From assembly GCA_030674475.1 (NCBI GenBank), contig JAUSCZ010000029.1, positions 2,357 to 66,356 of the forward strand: 64,000 nt of DNA, in the 5' to 3' direction. The first letter of the stretch is position 1; every line of letters starts with the position of its first letter. Origin of the DNA: Candidatus Omnitrophota bacterium. GTDB lineage: Bacteria; Omnitrophota; Gorgyraeia; Gygaellales; UBA12090. A program made the position numbers and the translations under genes. Shown one piece after another: positions 62,407-64,000 of the stretch. A model generated the notes under the pieces. It was not told the DNA's origin. It made no database searches and was given only the letters and a program-made list of their open reading frames with translations.

Positions 62407-63213
62407 ATGGATTTTTTAGAAATTGTAAAGGCCTCATTTTTACGCAATGCCTTGATGGCTTTACTGATTACTTCAAGTTTTTTGTCTTATCTTGGCGTAT
62501 ATGTGGTCTTAAAAAGGATTGTCTTTGCAGGGATTGCTATTTCCCAGATTGCCTCGCTGGGTTATGTTTTAGGTATGCTGTTAAAGCTGAATCCGCAAAT
62601 CTGTTCTTTGGGTACGAGCCTTATAGGCGCTGTATTATTTTCGTTCCATACCCGGGAGAAACGGTTTTCCCGTGAGTCTATGGTAGGGTTAGGCTACGCC
62701 CTTTCCTCTAGCCTGGGGATACTTTTTGTGGCAAAATCCGCGACGGCGGAGGCAGGCATGCTTAACCTTTTATTCGGCAATGTGCTTATGATTTCTTCAG
62801 GCAAAGTGTGTCTTGTCGCCGCGATAAGCCTCTTAATCTTTATTTTCTATTCTCTGTTTAACAAAGAAATAGCTTTTATCGCTTTTGACGAGGAGACCGC
62901 GCGGGCGCAGGGATTAAACGCGAGGTTATTTGAATTATTGTTCTACCTTTTACTTGCTGTCGGAATAAGCGCGGCCATTTCAATAATCGGGGCACTGCTT
63001 AGCTTTTCTTTTTTAACCGTTCCCGCCTTGTGCGGGCTTTGCGCGGCGAAAAGATTTTCAGGGGTGTTTAAGGCCGCCCTGCTCTGCGGTATTATCTCTT
63101 CATTACTTGGGCTTTATCTGTCTTATTACTGCGACCTTCCCACAGGCCCCGCCGTAGTTACCGCGAATATCGCGTTATTCGCGGTAATATTCTTCTTAAA
63201 AAGCCTAAGATAA
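62407..63213 (+). CDS. Zn/Mn ABC transporter permease (ZnuB-like)
   Basis: LGVYVVLKR, LLFGN, FDEETARAQG, DLPTGP. Confidence 0.9.
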   Translation: MDFLEIVKASFLRNALMALLITSSFLSYLGVYVVLKRIVFAGIAISQIASLGYVLGMLLKLNPQICSLGTSLIGAVLFSFHTREKRFSRESMVGLGYALSSSLGILFVAKSATAEAGMLNLLFGNVLMISSGKVCLVAAISLLIFIFYSLFNKEIAFIAFDEETARAQGLNARLFELLFYLLLAVGISAAISIIGALLSFSFLTVPALCGLCAAKRFSGVFKAALLCGIISSLLGLYLSYYCDLPTGPAVVTANIALFAVIFFLKSLR

Positions 63214-63323
63214 TTTTTTACACAGGCAGGCTATAAGGCAAGAGTTCTTTTCTGTTTACAGGCGGCGGATAAGATTATATAATATGGCTTCAAATATTAA
63301 ATCTTTAAAAGGAGGAATAAAAA

Positions 63324-64000
63324 ATGTGTTATGGAAAGAAAATATCAATGTTTTTATTAATTTTTTTTCTGGCTGCGGGTATAAGCCAGGCTGAGGATTT
63401 AAAAGGATCTATTCAAATCAAGGGTTCGGATACAATGGTTAACCTGGGCCAGGCCTGGGCTGAAGAATTTAGCAAGAAAAATCCAGGGGTAAACGCGGCG
63501 GTTACCGGCGGCGGATCGGGGACCGGGATATCCGCGATGATATCTGGCACCGCGGATATTGCCATTTCTTCCCGGACGATGAAGGAAAAAGAAATCAATA
63601 AGGCCAAACAGAACGGGATTGAGCCCTTTGAGATCAAGGCGGCCTTAGACGGGCTGGCGGTGGTGGCGCATCCTTCTAATCCGGTTTCCCGGTTGACCAT
63701 TGACCAGCTCTCGGATATCTTTACCGGCAAAATTAAGAACTGGAAGGAAGTCGGGGGCAATAACCTGCAGATAGTCATTCTCTCCAGGGAAATAAATTCC
63801 GGCACCCATGTCTATTTTAAAGAGCATGTCTTACGCAAAGGCGGTGAAAAGTCGGTTGAGGAATTCTCTCCGGCGGCTTTATTGATGTCTTCCAGCCAGG
63901 CCATTGCCGAAGAGGTCTCCCAGAATCCCAACGCCATCGGTTATTACGGGATGGGGTATATCAGCCAAAAGCAGAAAGTAATATTCGTGGCTAAAGACGC
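63324..64000 (+). CDS. pstS: Second phosphate-binding protein (partial, runs off the window; absent from the ORF track)
   Basis: AGGAGG RBS, MCYGKK signal, IKGSDTMVNL, GGGSGTG, SREINSGT, AIGYYG. Confidence 0.88.
   Translation, partial: MCYGKKISMFLLIFFLAAGISQAEDLKGSIQIKGSDTMVNLGQAWAEEFSKKNPGVNAAVTGGGSGTGISAMISGTADIAISSRTMKEKEINKAKQNGIEPFEIKAALDGLAVVAHPSNPVSRLTIDQLSDIFTGKIKNWKEVGGNNLQIVILSREINSGTHVYFKEHVLRKGGEKSVEEFSPAALLMSSSQAIAEEVSQNPNAIGYYGMGYISQKQKVIFVAKD

Noticed and set aside
63413-63827. Minus-strand ORFs at the window end
   Set aside because: Shadows of the plus-strand pstS.
1-64000. rRNA, tRNA or known riboswitch
   Set aside because: None recognised by eye; an Infernal/tRNAscan run would be needed to exclude them.

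Overview
Bacterial chromosomal window, almost entirely + strand. The giant gene, PilZ pair and heptamer/palindrome-rich junctions suggest Candidatus Omnitrophota or a similar PVC-type lineage (inference only). (1) Bases 1-22244 are the 3' part of a giant ORF (>7,400 aa, open at the window edge). It is a chain of unrelated enzyme and regulator domains: trypsin-like protease, RsbT-like kinase, isochorismatase-like, nucleotidyltransferase-like, receiver, HExxH peptidase, two sigma70-like, PanB, PPDK-like, SecA and a P-loop kinase. The domains are joined by recurring [G/S]SPL linkers with conserved DNA (11 exact, same-frame GCAGCCCGCT copies). Several linkers carry REP-like palindrome arms, one nearly identical to the REPs flanking a RAYT transposase at 46.9-47.7 kb. 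One module is a complete PIN toxin-antitoxin operon, with its own promoter and RBS, nested antisense inside the ORF. The ORF ends in RGPP-stop. This cassette-like, in-frame polyprotein array is the best candidate for an undescribed system. (2) 22.3-40.7 kb: two PilZ genes and a glycan locus (sugar ABC transporter, two clan GH-A glycosidases, tandem CBM-like protein, TPR and outer-membrane proteins, ROK and LacI regulators). (3) 40.8-51 kb: MetE-like gene, NrdR-boxed class II RNR with a LAGLIDADG intein, apgM, a REP-bounded islet (RAYT, IS256 remnant, orphan) and mnmG. (4) 51-64 kb: phoBR, porin-pstSCAB-phoU, a DUF2946-like CxxC/RSPP leader before an OM receptor plus Zn/Mn ABC transporter, and a second partial pstS. 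All domain calls are by eye from motifs; no database searches were run.
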